A stretch of 64,000 nt of DNA, from assembly GCA_965237955.1 (NCBI GenBank), contig OZ250169.1, positions 5,824,001-5,888,000 on the forward strand, read 5' to 3'. The stretch comes from Candidatus Marinacidobacterales bacterium. GTDB lineage: Bacteria; Acidobacteriota; Vicinamibacteria; Marinacidobacterales; SMYC01. Position numbers and translations under genes: made by a program. The notes beneath the pieces were generated by a model. The model was not told where the DNA came from and made no database searches. It saw only the letters and a program-made list of their open reading frames with translations. This document shows positions 43,052 through 53,051 of the stretch, in pieces (positions within the stretch are counted from its first letter, which is position 1; each line of letters begins with the position of its first letter).

Positions 43052-44329
43052 GTGAAAAGTGAAATCAAGATTGCAATCGCCGGCGTTGGCAACTGTGCCA
43101 GCTCCCTGGTTCAGGGACTCGAGTACTATCGGCACCACGATTCCTCGGAAGCTGCCGGGCTGATCCATCCTGAGCTTGGTGGCTACCGAATCGAGGACGT
43201 CGAGGTTGTTGCTGCATTTGATGTGGATCGACGAAAAGTGGGGCGACCTCTGCACGAGGCCGTTTTTGCCCATCCCAATTGCACAACCGTGTTCCAACGG
43301 GAGCTTTCCGAGAATAGTGTCACGGTCCAGATGGGGCCCGTCTTGGACGGGATTGCGGGTCAAATGGATCGCTATCCCAACGACCGGGCTTTTCGTCTGT
43401 CCGATGCCGAGCCCGTTGATATTGTGGAAGCGCTCGAGGCATCAGGCGCGGAGATCCTCGTCTGCTACCTGCCGGTAGGTTCGGAGAAGGCCGTGCGTCA
43501 CTACGCGCAGGCGTGCCTCGATGCTGGTGTTGCCATGGTCAACTGCGTGCCGGTGTTCATCGCCTCTGAGCCGGCGTTCGCCGAGGAGTTCACGAAGAAA
43601 GGGCTTCCGATCGTAGGCGACGATATCAAGAGCCAGTTCGGCGCCACGCTCCTGCACCGAATCATCACGCGCACACTCGGCGACCGTGGCGTGAAGATCG
43701 AGCGTACCTACCAACTCAACACGGGTGGTAATACCGACTTCCTGAATATGTTGGAACAGACCCGACTCGCGTCCAAGAAGGTCTCAAAGACGGAATCGGT
43801 ACAGTCTCAGCTCGACCAACGCCTCGCGGACGAGAACATTCACATCGGCCCCTCCGACTACGTGCCCTGGCAGAACGACAACAAGATCTGCTTTCTTCGC
43901 ATGGAATGGCGCGGCTTCGGTGACGTTCCCATGAACCTCGAGGCACGACTCTCGGTTGAAGACTCGCCGAACTCCGCGGGCGTGGTCATCGACGCCATCC
44001 GGTGCGCCAAGCTGGCACTCGATCGAAAGATCGGCGGGCCGCTGGACGCCGCATCCGCCTGCATGATGAAGCACCCGCGGAAGCAGATGCGTGACAGCGA
44101 AGCATTCGTTGCGCTCGAGCAGTTCATTCGAGGGCAAGATGCTGTGACCAACGCGCTGCTCTACGACACATCGACGGACTCTCCGGAGAGGCCGGCGTTG
44201 CTGAAGCGGGTTCAGGTTGATCCCCTGCAGGTTCTCGATCACGTTCGCCCTGGGCGGGACCAGAGGGAAGCCGTCGGTGTAAATGCCAATGGCGGCGACC
44301 AGAAGCCCTTTGACGGTACTGTCAGTTGA
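43052..44329 (+). CDS. ino1: myo-Inositol-1-phosphate synthase (C-terminal extension probably from a lost stop)
   Basis: GVGNCASSLVQG, YLPVGSE, GDDIKSQFGAT, QLNTGGNTDFLNM, DSPNSAGV; AAGGAG RBS before GTG 43052. Confidence 0.93.
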   Translation: MKSEIKIAIAGVGNCASSLVQGLEYYRHHDSSEAAGLIHPELGGYRIEDVEVVAAFDVDRRKVGRPLHEAVFAHPNCTTVFQRELSENSVTVQMGPVLDGIAGQMDRYPNDRAFRLSDAEPVDIVEALEASGAEILVCYLPVGSEKAVRHYAQACLDAGVAMVNCVPVFIASEPAFAEEFTKKGLPIVGDDIKSQFGATLLHRIITRTLGDRGVKIERTYQLNTGGNTDFLNMLEQTRLASKKVSKTESVQSQLDQRLADENIHIGPSDYVPWQNDNKICFLRMEWRGFGDVPMNLEARLSVEDSPNSAGVVIDAIRCAKLALDRKIGGPLDAASACMMKHPRKQMRDSEAFVALEQFIRGQDAVTNALLYDTSTDSPERPALLKRVQVDPLQVLDHVRPGRDQREAVGVNANGGDQKPFDGTVS

Positions 44330-44502
44330 GCCGGTGAGTGGGCAGACTGGGCCAGCACCACACGGCGCGACCACGGACATCGATTTCCAGCAGAAATCAT
44401 CAGGCCACGCCGTGTGGCTCTATCATCGCTTCTGTCTCAGCGAAGACATCTTGCCGCAGCGCGGCATCACGGTTTCTTATGAAGCCATCCGCCAGTGGTG
44501 CC
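44315..44502 (+). mobile_element. IS6-family remnant (left IR plus degraded transposase start)
   Basis: GGTACTGTCAGTTGAG IR-like end; HGHRFPAEII / HAVWLYHRFCLS..QRGITVSYEAIRQWC across a frameshift. Confidence 0.75.
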
Positions 44503-44656
44503 TGCCGTAGAAGAGGCTTCAGGTTCGGTCGTAGACCGGAAAGGCAATCCGCTCGGTGCTCTGACCGGGCTCGAGCAACGTACCAGCTTGATCGCGGCGG
44601 CAAGCTCAGAACTCGCAAAGGAGATCGCTAATGTCCTCGCTCCATCGAATTACTGA
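44503..44656 (+). pseudogene. Diverged duplicate of the 3' end of the inositol monophosphatase
   Basis: Aligns by eye to 40665-40818 with scattered substitutions. Confidence 0.8.
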
Positions 44657-46127
44657 GATCGCAGGAGGCGATCCTGTTACTGAGATCGCAAGAGACTATC
44701 CTGGCGTCCCCATCGTCGTCATGTTGGCGGCTGGCATGGGTTCCCGTGTGGCTTCGTTGGGCAATGGCCGCCCCAAGCCAACGATTCCTTTGCTCGGCCT
44801 GTCCCTTGCCGAACGGATCATCCTCACCTACCAGGCCTCTGGGCTCCATCACTTCGTCGTGGTGCTGGGCTCCCGAGCGGACGAGGTTCGTGAACACGTC
44901 CTCGACATAGCGGCTCGTCGCGGCTGCGAGGCAGAGTGCGTCGTCGCCAAGGACTGGCGGCTGGGAAACGGCGCCAGTGCTCTCGCCGCCTCCAGTGTCG
45001 TGTCGGAGGAACCCTTTCTGTTGACGATGGCCGATCATCTGATCGACCCGTCGCTGTTGGAGCAGGTGTTGCGCTTCCCTCCCACGGAGGAGGAAATTTG
45101 TCTCGCCGTGGACTCGAACAAAGAGGATCTCCTCGATCTCGAGGACGTGACAAAGGTGCAGGTCGTAAACGGGCGGGTAGTGCAGATTGGAAAAGAGCTG
45201 AGCGACTGGGAGACAGCGGACACAGGGGTTTTCTACTGCACGCAGGCACTCTTCGAGGGTATCCGGCGCGCATCGGCTAAGGGACACTACGGGCTCTCGG
45301 ATGCGGTCAGGGAGCTAGCGGCCGAGCGGCGGGTTCGCGCGGTCGATGTCACCGGCGAGAAATGGATCGATATGGACAACGCCTTCGCGTTCCGCCACGC
45401 GAAGCGGAGGATTCTATCCTCGGTCGTCAAAAATACGGACGACGGCTACGTCTCGCAACATCTCAACCGGCCTCTCTCCTTACGGCTCTCGAGTCTGCTG
45501 GCCGAGGCGCGGATCTCTCCCGACCGCATCACCGTCGCCGCCTTTGTGCTTTCGCTTGGCGGGGCGGCTCTCCTCGCTTTGCCGAGTTATCTGGCCGCGC
45601 TTTTGGGGGGACTCGTGGTACAGCTCTCCTCAGTAATAGACGGCTGTGATGGTGAAGTGGCTCGTCTCAGACAGATCGCCAGCCCCAGGGGAGGTTGGCT
45701 CGATACGATGCTCGACCGCTATGCGGATCTTGCGGTGGTGCTGGCTGTCACCTTTTCTTACTCGTCTTCCTATGCAGGCCATCCGGGGCATCCGGGGGCT
45801 CTCGCGTGGATGGGGGGGTTCCTTTCCCTTTCCGGCTTCTTCATGGCGAGCTACGTGACCAAGGAGTATGCTCTGCGGCACGGCAAACCCTACCCGCCCG
45901 ATTTCCTGAACCGAATCAAACGCCGGGACCTTCGCCTGTTGGGGATTTCAATAGGAGCTGTTTTCGGTGTCGCGTTTCAGGCCATGGTTGCCCTTGGCGT
46001 GCTCAGTCACCTGTGCGTGGCGGGAATCTTGGCCCGCGGCTGGCGGCAAGGGCGCCGTGTCCAGCCAGCCGCATCATTGAGACCTGCACCCGTCCTGAAA
46101 AAGGCACCGGGCCCGGCGGTCGTGTAG
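44631..46127 (+). CDS. Bifunctional IPCT/DIPPS-like enzyme (nucleotidyltransferase + CDP-alcohol phosphotransferase)
   Basis: MLAAGMGSR...PKP; DG.VS..LNRPLS; DGCDGEVAR...GGWLDTMLDRYAD. Confidence 0.88.
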   Translation: MSSLHRITEIAGGDPVTEIARDYPGVPIVVMLAAGMGSRVASLGNGRPKPTIPLLGLSLAERIILTYQASGLHHFVVVLGSRADEVREHVLDIAARRGCEAECVVAKDWRLGNGASALAASSVVSEEPFLLTMADHLIDPSLLEQVLRFPPTEEEICLAVDSNKEDLLDLEDVTKVQVVNGRVVQIGKELSDWETADTGVFYCTQALFEGIRRASAKGHYGLSDAVRELAAERRVRAVDVTGEKWIDMDNAFAFRHAKRRILSSVVKNTDDGYVSQHLNRPLSLRLSSLLAEARISPDRITVAAFVLSLGGAALLALPSYLAALLGGLVVQLSSVIDGCDGEVARLRQIASPRGGWLDTMLDRYADLAVVLAVTFSYSSSYAGHPGHPGALAWMGGFLSLSGFFMASYVTKEYALRHGKPYPPDFLNRIKRRDLRLLGISIGAVFGVAFQAMVALGVLSHLCVAGILARGWRQGRRVQPAASLRPAPVLKKAPGPAVV

Positions 46128-46136
46128 ACGGTTCTT

Positions 46137-46386
46137 CTAGTCGCCTAACGCGCCGCGGTAGACGTCTAGCGCCGCGGGACTCGTCGAACGGGCGCGGGTT
46201 GAAGCCTCCGGTCCACTCGAGGGAGCGTTGCGCGCTCTCGACGTGCGGCGTCGCGAGAACGCCCGGGTCAGCGGTCCGGCGGGTGCGGCGAAAACCTGCA
46301 GCCTTGGCAAGCTCGCCCAGGCGCTCAATGGTACCAGGGCCGAAAACGACCTTCGGCTTCGGGATGTACTCGAACGCCTCCACCAC
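46137..46386 (-). pseudogene. Iron-containing alcohol dehydrogenase N-terminal remnant
   Basis: FEYIPKPKVVFGPGTIERLGEL...ADPGV; ATG adjacent to the upstream stop; degenerates after ~60 codons. Confidence 0.65.
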
Positions 46387-47844
46387 CTATTCGTCGTTCG
46401 CGAGGGCGAACAGCTGATTGCGGCTCGCGATGTACAGCACGCCGTTCGCAGGCGTGGCCGTGCTGTAAACGGAGCTCCCCAGGTTCATCTCGGCGAGGAC
46501 CTTTTCTTCGCGGCCGGGCGCGAGCACGACGACGTCACCATCCTCGTCGCCGAGGTAGATCCTGCCGTCGACGATCATCGCCGACGCCCACACCGCCGCG
46601 AAGGTGTCGTGCACCCAGAGCGGCTCGCCGGTCGCGACGTCGAGCGCGTGGAAGAAACCACTGAAGTCGGGCATGTAGATGATGCCGTCGTGGATCGCCG
46701 GCGTCGACATTGAGCGACGGATCTTGTCGTAGTGCCAGACGCGCCCGGTCTCGGTGATGTCGCCCCGCTTGGTCGCGTCGATGGCGTAGAAGTGGCCGAC
46801 GCCTTCACCATGTTCGGGGTCTTGTCCATTGGCAATGTAGACCTTGTCGTCGTACAGCACCGGGGTACTGATGACATTGTTCCGCGTTCGCGGCCACGTC
46901 GCGTCCTTCGGGTTCGAGTCGAATTCCCAGAGTTTTTCGCCGGTCTCGGCGACGTAACCTCGAATCCAACCGTCGCCCTCACCCATGACGACCTGCACGA
47001 CGCCTCCGAGCGGTCCGACGGCCGCCGAGGACCATTGCCCGTGAAGGATGTTCTCGCCGACGGAGTTGTCCTCCCACACGAGCTCGCCGGTGTTCTTGTT
47101 CAGGGCGATGATTTCAGGGCACATCGGAGAGGGAACGTTGACGTGAGACTCGTCGTGACCGTTCGACGTATTAACGAAAATCAAATCGCCGTACATCACC
47201 GGGGACGAGTTGGCCATGTTGTGCGGGAACGAGCCGAGCTCTTCAATCATGTCGAACTTCCAAATGATGTCGCCGTCGTGCGGGGTCGTGTGCTTCTCGT
47301 CCTGATAGGGTCCGTCGTTCTCGCCATCCATGAATCCTTCGGTGTCGAGCGCGAGAACTTCGCCGCGATTGGTGACGTAGTAGAGGACCTCTCCATCGAC
47401 GATTGGCGATGAGCACACCCCTTGAAACGGCCAGTCATTGACGCGGCCCGCGGGATGCTTGTCGGTCACCATCTGCCAAAGAAACTTCCCATCCTCTTCG
47501 TTGAACGCGGCGAGAATACCTTTGTCACCCGGGACCTCTTTGTCGTAGAGCGCCTCGTTGTTCGTCCCGACGAAGACCTTGCCGCCCGCGACCACCGGGT
47601 TCCCGTACGTCTGCGAGCCGAGACCGGCGATCCACTTCACGTTCTTCTTCGTCTCCACGTCCCACGTTTCGGGGAGCCCGGTCATGGACGACACCATGTT
47701 TCGATCGGGTGTGCCGCCCCACATCGGCCAATCGCCGGGCTTCGATTTTTGGGATTGCTGGGCCCGGGTGGAAGGGGACTGAGAGATGGCGCAAACCAAA
47801 AGCCCGGCCGTCCACAGGAGCTGTCTCGTCGTTTCACCTTTCAT
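46387..47844 (-). CDS. Secreted PQQ/BamB-like beta-propeller protein
   Basis: DWPMWGGTPDRN, LGSQTYGNPVV, repeated SSP/STP and TGE..W blades. Confidence 0.85.
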   Translation of the reverse strand: MKGETTRQLLWTAGLLVCAISQSPSTRAQQSQKSKPGDWPMWGGTPDRNMVSSMTGLPETWDVETKKNVKWIAGLGSQTYGNPVVAGGKVFVGTNNEALYDKEVPGDKGILAAFNEEDGKFLWQMVTDKHPAGRVNDWPFQGVCSSPIVDGEVLYYVTNRGEVLALDTEGFMDGENDGPYQDEKHTTPHDGDIIWKFDMIEELGSFPHNMANSSPVMYGDLIFVNTSNGHDESHVNVPSPMCPEIIALNKNTGELVWEDNSVGENILHGQWSSAAVGPLGGVVQVVMGEGDGWIRGYVAETGEKLWEFDSNPKDATWPRTRNNVISTPVLYDDKVYIANGQDPEHGEGVGHFYAIDATKRGDITETGRVWHYDKIRRSMSTPAIHDGIIYMPDFSGFFHALDVATGEPLWVHDTFAAVWASAMIVDGRIYLGDEDGDVVVLAPGREEKVLAEMNLGSSVYSTATPANGVLYIASRNQLFALANDE

Positions 47845-50033
47845 TCGTTCTCTACGACTTTCAGATTGTCGAAAAAGACTTCCGTCGGCGTCGCGTCGGC
47901 GTAGATGCCCGGACTACCCTGTCGATTGGGACTCTCGTCCTGACGCTCGACGAGCCAAGCGGCAGGCTCGTCTTCGTCGCGCGGCCACACTTTGCCGCGA
48001 GCGCGCACGCTGCCGTCATCGAGCGTTGCGACTTCGAGCTTCAAGCGGTACCACGTCTCCGCCCGCCATTGGAATGGAATCCTTGCGGTGCGCTCGGTCT
48101 CGGGATGCCATGACTGCAGCTCGATTCGTTGATGGGTTCCGAGAAGCGAGAGCTGATACCGGCCGGCAACGACGCCGACGACTCCCATCTGCCGCCTCTT
48201 CGTCGTCGCCATGGCGTCGACCTCGACGGTGTAGTTCGACCAATCCGAGGGTCCCATGTAAACGCGAGCACGGCGCAGAAAGGGGTTGTCGGCTTTCTTC
48301 ACCAGCACGTTCGAGCCGTCCAGCTGCCGTAGCTCGTACTTGCCGGCAGAGTTGATCCATTGAGCGGGGAGCGCGGTCATCGTTCCGAAGTCTTCGCTCC
48401 AGGGAAGCGGGGGGACGACGCGGATGCGCGCCGCACCGTTCAGGCCGCCCACGGTTGCGCTCACTTTTCCGGCATGACCCGAAGCTTCCGCGGAAACGGT
48501 GAAACGTCCGTCGACCACGGATCCATCGAGTCCGTCGAGACTCCACGCGGCATCGCCGTTGTCGTCCTTAATGAACCGCCCGGCGGCATCGTAAAGACGC
48601 GCGGTCAACTCCACGGACTCGCCTGGGGCGAGGACGAGCTCGGTCGGTGCCACCTGCAACCACGCCGGCTCTCCCGGGGTGCCGCTCGGACGCGTGCTCG
48701 CCACATCCGACGGTCCCCGACGTCGCTCGCTCCCGATGGCGTAGAGTCTCCGCGCGGTCGCGAGATAGACTCGTCCGTTCGAGATCGCCACCGACGCGTA
48801 GATCTCCTCGAACTCTTCTCCGTCGGTGAGCTCGTCGCGATCGAGAATCTCGGCGCCATCTTCACTGGGCTCGATGATGAAGAACGTCCCGTTGACGGTT
48901 CCGACGTAGAGCTTTCCGTCCGCCAGGACCGGGGAGGCTCTTTGAATCGTGCCCAGGTTCAACTCCCAAAGCTCGGTGCCGGTGGCAAAATCGAACGCCG
49001 TCAAGTTCGCGCTGTTGTCGATGAGGTAGAAGCGATCGCCGTCGAGCACCGGCGATGAATACCCGCCGAGGATTCCGCCCACCGACCACTTGGCGGCGTC
49101 CGCCTCGATGTCGCCCGAGGCGCCCGCATCGATGGCGGCGACGAGCCCCATTTGACTCGTGTTCAAGTTCTCTTCGCCCTGGCTCACGACAGCAACGCCG
49201 TCTTTCAAGATCGCGCCGGCGTTGATCCCACGCTTCGAGTACTCGAAACGCCACACCGACTCTCCGGTCTGGGGCTTCAACGCGTGCATCGCGCCGTCGC
49301 CGCCGCCGGTAATGAGAAGCCGCACACCACCAACCTCGGTTGCGTATGGCGGCGCGTACGTCGTGTCGTAGGGACGTCCGCCTGGCGAGCTGACCCACTG
49401 CGTCTCACCGGTCGTCTTGTCGAAGGCGAAAAAACGCTGACTACCGCGCGCTTGCTCGCCCCAACCGGAGCTCAACCCGCTGACGATGAGAAGGTCTCCT
49501 TCGATGACGGGCGATGCGGTGCGTCCGCCGTGGGTCGTGATCAGACCAAAATCTTCGTTGAGTGATCGATCCCAGAGTAGCTCCCCGTCGGAAGAGAGGC
49601 TCAATAGCAACCCAGCGACAGTGTACACGAACACGTTCGCAGTGGCCGGATCGGCGACGGGCGAGGCCCACCCGACGCGATGAGGAGGCACCTCGCTCAT
49701 GTAGAGATTGATGCGACGCTCCCAAAGGAGCTCTCCAGTATCCGCATGGAAACACATGATGCGCTCTTGCAGGTCGGCACCTTCGCCCGAGGCGTTTTGG
49801 AGATAAACGTGATCGCCGAGAACGATCGGAGTCGAGCGTCCGCCGTAGGGCACGCGCCACGCGAGGTTCTCCCCGTCGGGCGACCACCTCGAAGGGAGCC
49901 CGGTTTCCGACGAGTGGCCGTCCCGCCGAGGGCCGCGCCAATCAGTCCAGTCTTCTGCGCTTGCGGGCATAATCAAGAGCAGGCCCAAGAGAAGGAAAGC
50001 TACGAGGCACGAGAAAATCGTTGTCCTTGTCAT
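47841..50033 (-). CDS. Secreted PQQ/BamB-like beta-propeller protein with Ig-like and concanavalin-like C-terminal domains
   Basis: DWTDWRGPRRDG, blades, then APTELVLAPGESV and NYTVEVD...WYRLKL...FDNLKV. Confidence 0.85.
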   Translation of the reverse strand: MTRTTIFSCLVAFLLLGLLLIMPASAEDWTDWRGPRRDGHSSETGLPSRWSPDGENLAWRVPYGGRSTPIVLGDHVYLQNASGEGADLQERIMCFHADTGELLWERRINLYMSEVPPHRVGWASPVADPATANVFVYTVAGLLLSLSSDGELLWDRSLNEDFGLITTHGGRTASPVIEGDLLIVSGLSSGWGEQARGSQRFFAFDKTTGETQWVSSPGGRPYDTTYAPPYATEVGGVRLLITGGGDGAMHALKPQTGESVWRFEYSKRGINAGAILKDGVAVVSQGEENLNTSQMGLVAAIDAGASGDIEADAAKWSVGGILGGYSSPVLDGDRFYLIDNSANLTAFDFATGTELWELNLGTIQRASPVLADGKLYVGTVNGTFFIIEPSEDGAEILDRDELTDGEEFEEIYASVAISNGRVYLATARRLYAIGSERRRGPSDVASTRPSGTPGEPAWLQVAPTELVLAPGESVELTARLYDAAGRFIKDDNGDAAWSLDGLDGSVVDGRFTVSAEASGHAGKVSATVGGLNGAARIRVVPPLPWSEDFGTMTALPAQWINSAGKYELRQLDGSNVLVKKADNPFLRRARVYMGPSDWSNYTVEVDAMATTKRRQMGVVGVVAGRYQLSLLGTHQRIELQSWHPETERTARIPFQWRAETWYRLKLEVATLDDGSVRARGKVWPRDEDEPAAWLVERQDESPNRQGSPGIYADATPTEVFFDNLKVVENE

Positions 50034-50180
50034 ATTTGTAGAACCGATATCATATCGTTACGTTCACAGGCGTTATTATCTTTTGGGCGCTGCTGTCAGT
50101 CAAAAAGTGCCAAAAATGACAAGATGCGTCAAGAAGTTCACATCGCCGCCAAGCGTCCATCAATCGATAATCGTGGCGTG

Positions 50181-51139
50181 ATGGGCAAGCTCTCAGCAGT
50201 ACTCGTCGGTGTCCTTGCGGTCGCGGCATCGGGCAAACAAGACAAGCCGGAAGGCTATCCCAGATAGTACCGAGAGGTCGAATTGCTGCCGTCAACGCAC
50301 CGACGTACGTTGCCGCGTCCGAGGCCGAGATCAAGCCCAGGTCTTGGGTGCTCGGTGTCGTCATCGATGGCCAGGCCCGCGCCTACAGTCTCAACCTGTT
50401 GAACGCGCACGAAGTCGTGAACGATACCATCGGCGACACCAACTTCGCCGCCGTGTGGTGACCGCTCTCCAATACGGCTGTCGTGTACAGCCGAGACTAC
50501 CGGGGCCGCACGGTGAACTTCGAAGCGTCGGGGGGGCTCGTCAACGCATCGCTGGTCATACAGGACGAGCAAACCGACACCTACTGGTCGATCATGAAAG
50601 GCGAAGCCGTCGCCGGTGAGCTCAGCGGAGAACAACTCGTGGTGCTGCCAATAGGCGAGAAGATTCAGTGGCGCCACTGGAAGGAGCGACATCCGGACAC
50701 TCTCGTATTGTCGGTCAATGGGCGCGAGGATGGCCCGGACGGTTACCGAGACTACTTCCGTGACTCACGGGGCTTCGGAGGTGCTTCGGCAAAAGACGAT
50801 CGACTCGAAACGAAAACGCCGGTGTTCGCATTCCATCGTGGGACGGAATCCTATGCGGTCACGCAAAAGTCGATCGAAGACGGCACGGTCTTCGTGTTGG
50901 AGGATGGCGCGTCCGTGTTCTTGTATCGCCGGAAGGGCAGCTCGATGTTCCACTCAACGCACGCGTTCATCTCGACGAGTGGTTTCGAGCAGCAAAACGG
51001 GGTCTGGGTCGAGAAAGGGAGCGGCGCACGATTTGATAAGACCAGCGGAGAGTTTTCCGGCGTCGAGAGTCTCGGTGGTTTCGACACGTTCTGGTACAAC
51101 TTCAGCCTGAACAACCCCGAGACGTTGCTTCTGGAGTAG
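50181..51139 (+). CDS. DUF3179-family selenoprotein (UxxS), frameshift near 50259
   Basis: Signal peptide from ATG 50181; QIVPRGRI...ARAYSLNLLNAHEVVND..NFAAVW-TGA(50459-50461)-PLSNT in frame with 50483..51139; 7-bp hairpin after the TGA. Confidence 0.8.
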
Positions 51140-51144
51140 GATCG

Positions 51145-51716
51145 GGCCACTCGTAGGTGACAACAACGGAGACGAACGGCTCGCGAGGGACGAAGTCGAA
51201 GGCCACCTGAGCTCCTGGTTCGGTTTCGTTGATTTGGACACCGATGGTGCCCTCGACCGCGCGGAGTGGGATTTCTACCGGCTCGCTTCGCGCAACGGAA
51301 TCCTGGGGATCCGCGTCGGAAGCGTTGGGGACATGACGAAGCAAAACGTCGTGTGAACGTACGGCAAACGTGTGCCGCAACTCCCGTCGCCGCTCGTGTA
51401 CGAGGATGCCCTCTACATGGTGAACGAAGGCGGTATCGTGACGTTGCTCGAGCCCGACACCGGTGTACTTGTAGCCCAAGGCCGCTTGAAGGGCGTGGTC
51501 GATAGCTACTACGCGTCGCCCGTGGTCGCGGACGAGAAGATTTTCATGGGAGTGAGCTCGGCAAGGTCGCGGTTTTGCGTCCCGGGAGTAGACTCGACGT
51601 CGTCGCGGTGAACGATCTCGACGATCTGATCTACCCAACGCCGGCGATTGACGACGGCCGTCTATTACATTCGCACTCGGAACACGCTGTATTGCTTCGG
51701 CGAAGAGAGTGATTGA
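51145..51716 (+). pseudogene. Degraded C-terminal fragment of a PQQ-like beta-propeller protein
   Basis: PSPLVY..ALYMVNEGG, YYASPVVAD, TPAIDDGR..IRT..TLYCFG across stops and frameshifts. Confidence 0.7.
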
Positions 51717-51732
51717 GTGCTAAGAAACACCC

Positions 51733-53037
51733 ATGTTTACGGTATTTCCGAGCACCGGTAGTATGCTATCGAGGATGCTCGAGAAGAGCTTTTCGACTCT
51801 TGCCGTCGTGGTGATGACGGCGAGTTTCGTTCATGGCGAGGATTGGCCCCACTGGCGCGGGCCGACGCGTGACGGGATCAGCGGCGAGACCGAGCTTCCG
51901 ACCGAATGGAGTCCGACCAAAAACGTTACTTGGCGGATTCCCATGCCCGACCGGAGCGGATCGACACCTATCATCTGGGGCGAGACGATCTTTCTGAACG
52001 TGGCGGATGAGGGTGAGCTGTTTCTGTGGGCGCTCGACCGTAACGATGGAAGTCTGAAGTGGAAGGCGTTTGTGAGCGGCGGTGATCGCCGTCAACGCAA
52101 GCAGAACATGTCGTCACCGTCACCGGTCACCGATGGCGAACGCGTGTGGGTGATGACAGGCACCGGCTTGCTGCGGGCGTTCGACTTCGACGGGAAGGAA
52201 CAGTGGTCTCGAGATATCCAATCCGACTACGGTCGGTTCGGACTCAACTGGGGCTACGCATCATCGCCTCTTCTGTTCGAGGGGGCGCTCTATTTGCCGG
52301 TGCTTCACGGCATGAAGACCGACGACCCTTCATATCTCTTGAAGATCGATGCCGCGACCGGCGAGACAGTGTGGCGAGTGGAACGCCTCACGAACGCGAT
52401 CCGGGAATCTCCGGACGCCTACATCACCCCAGCGCTTCTCGAGTACGACGGCAAGCGTGAGATCGTCCTGACTGGAGGCGATGTCGTGACCGGTCATGAT
52501 TTGGGTACGGGCGAGGAGCTCTGGCGCGCCGACGGCTTGAACCCGGAGAACGATCCAAACTATCGCATCATCGCCTCACCCGTCGTCTTCGGAGGCATCA
52601 TCTATGCCCCGACGCGCGTCCGCCCGATGCTTGCGCTCAAAGCTGGCGGCCGCGGCGACATCACCACGTCGCATCTTCTTTGGAAGTTCGGAAACGGCCC
52701 GGACGTCCCGACGCCCGTGACCGATGGCAAGTACCTTTACGTCGTGAACGATCGCGGCGTCACCTATTGTCTCGACGCGAAATCGGGCGAGGTTATCTGG
52801 GGGCCGCAGCGCATTGCCTCGGGCACGTACAGCTCGTCGCCCGTGCTCGCGGACGGCAAGATTTACATCACCAGCGAGGATGGGATCACGACGGTGATGA
52901 AGGCGGGACCGGAGTTCGGTGTCGTCGCCGAGAACGATCTCGAGAGCTACACGCTACCTTCGGTCGCGGTCTCTCGCGGACAGCTCTTTTTGCGGATGGA
53001 GGACTTCTTGTACTGCGTCGGTGAAAGAAAGCCGTAG
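51733..53037 (+). CDS. Secreted PQQ/BamB-like beta-propeller protein
   Basis: [42 protein letters not shown]. Confidence 0.88.
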   Translation: MFTVFPSTGSMLSRMLEKSFSTLAVVVMTASFVHGEDWPHWRGPTRDGISGETELPTEWSPTKNVTWRIPMPDRSGSTPIIWGETIFLNVADEGELFLWALDRNDGSLKWKAFVSGGDRRQRKQNMSSPSPVTDGERVWVMTGTGLLRAFDFDGKEQWSRDIQSDYGRFGLNWGYASSPLLFEGALYLPVLHGMKTDDPSYLLKIDAATGETVWRVERLTNAIRESPDAYITPALLEYDGKREIVLTGGDVVTGHDLGTGEELWRADGLNPENDPNYRIIASPVVFGGIIYAPTRVRPMLALKAGGRGDITTSHLLWKFGNGPDVPTPVTDGKYLYVVNDRGVTYCLDAKSGEVIWGPQRIASGTYSSSPVLADGKIYITSEDGITTVMKAGPEFGVVAENDLESYTLPSVAVSRGQLFLRMEDFLYCVGERKP

Positions 53038-53051
53038 ATCAAATCCGCCGT

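Noticed and set aside
44145-44329. C-terminal extension of Ino1 as an extra domain
   Set aside because: It runs into the IS6 end and looks like read-through after loss of the native stop
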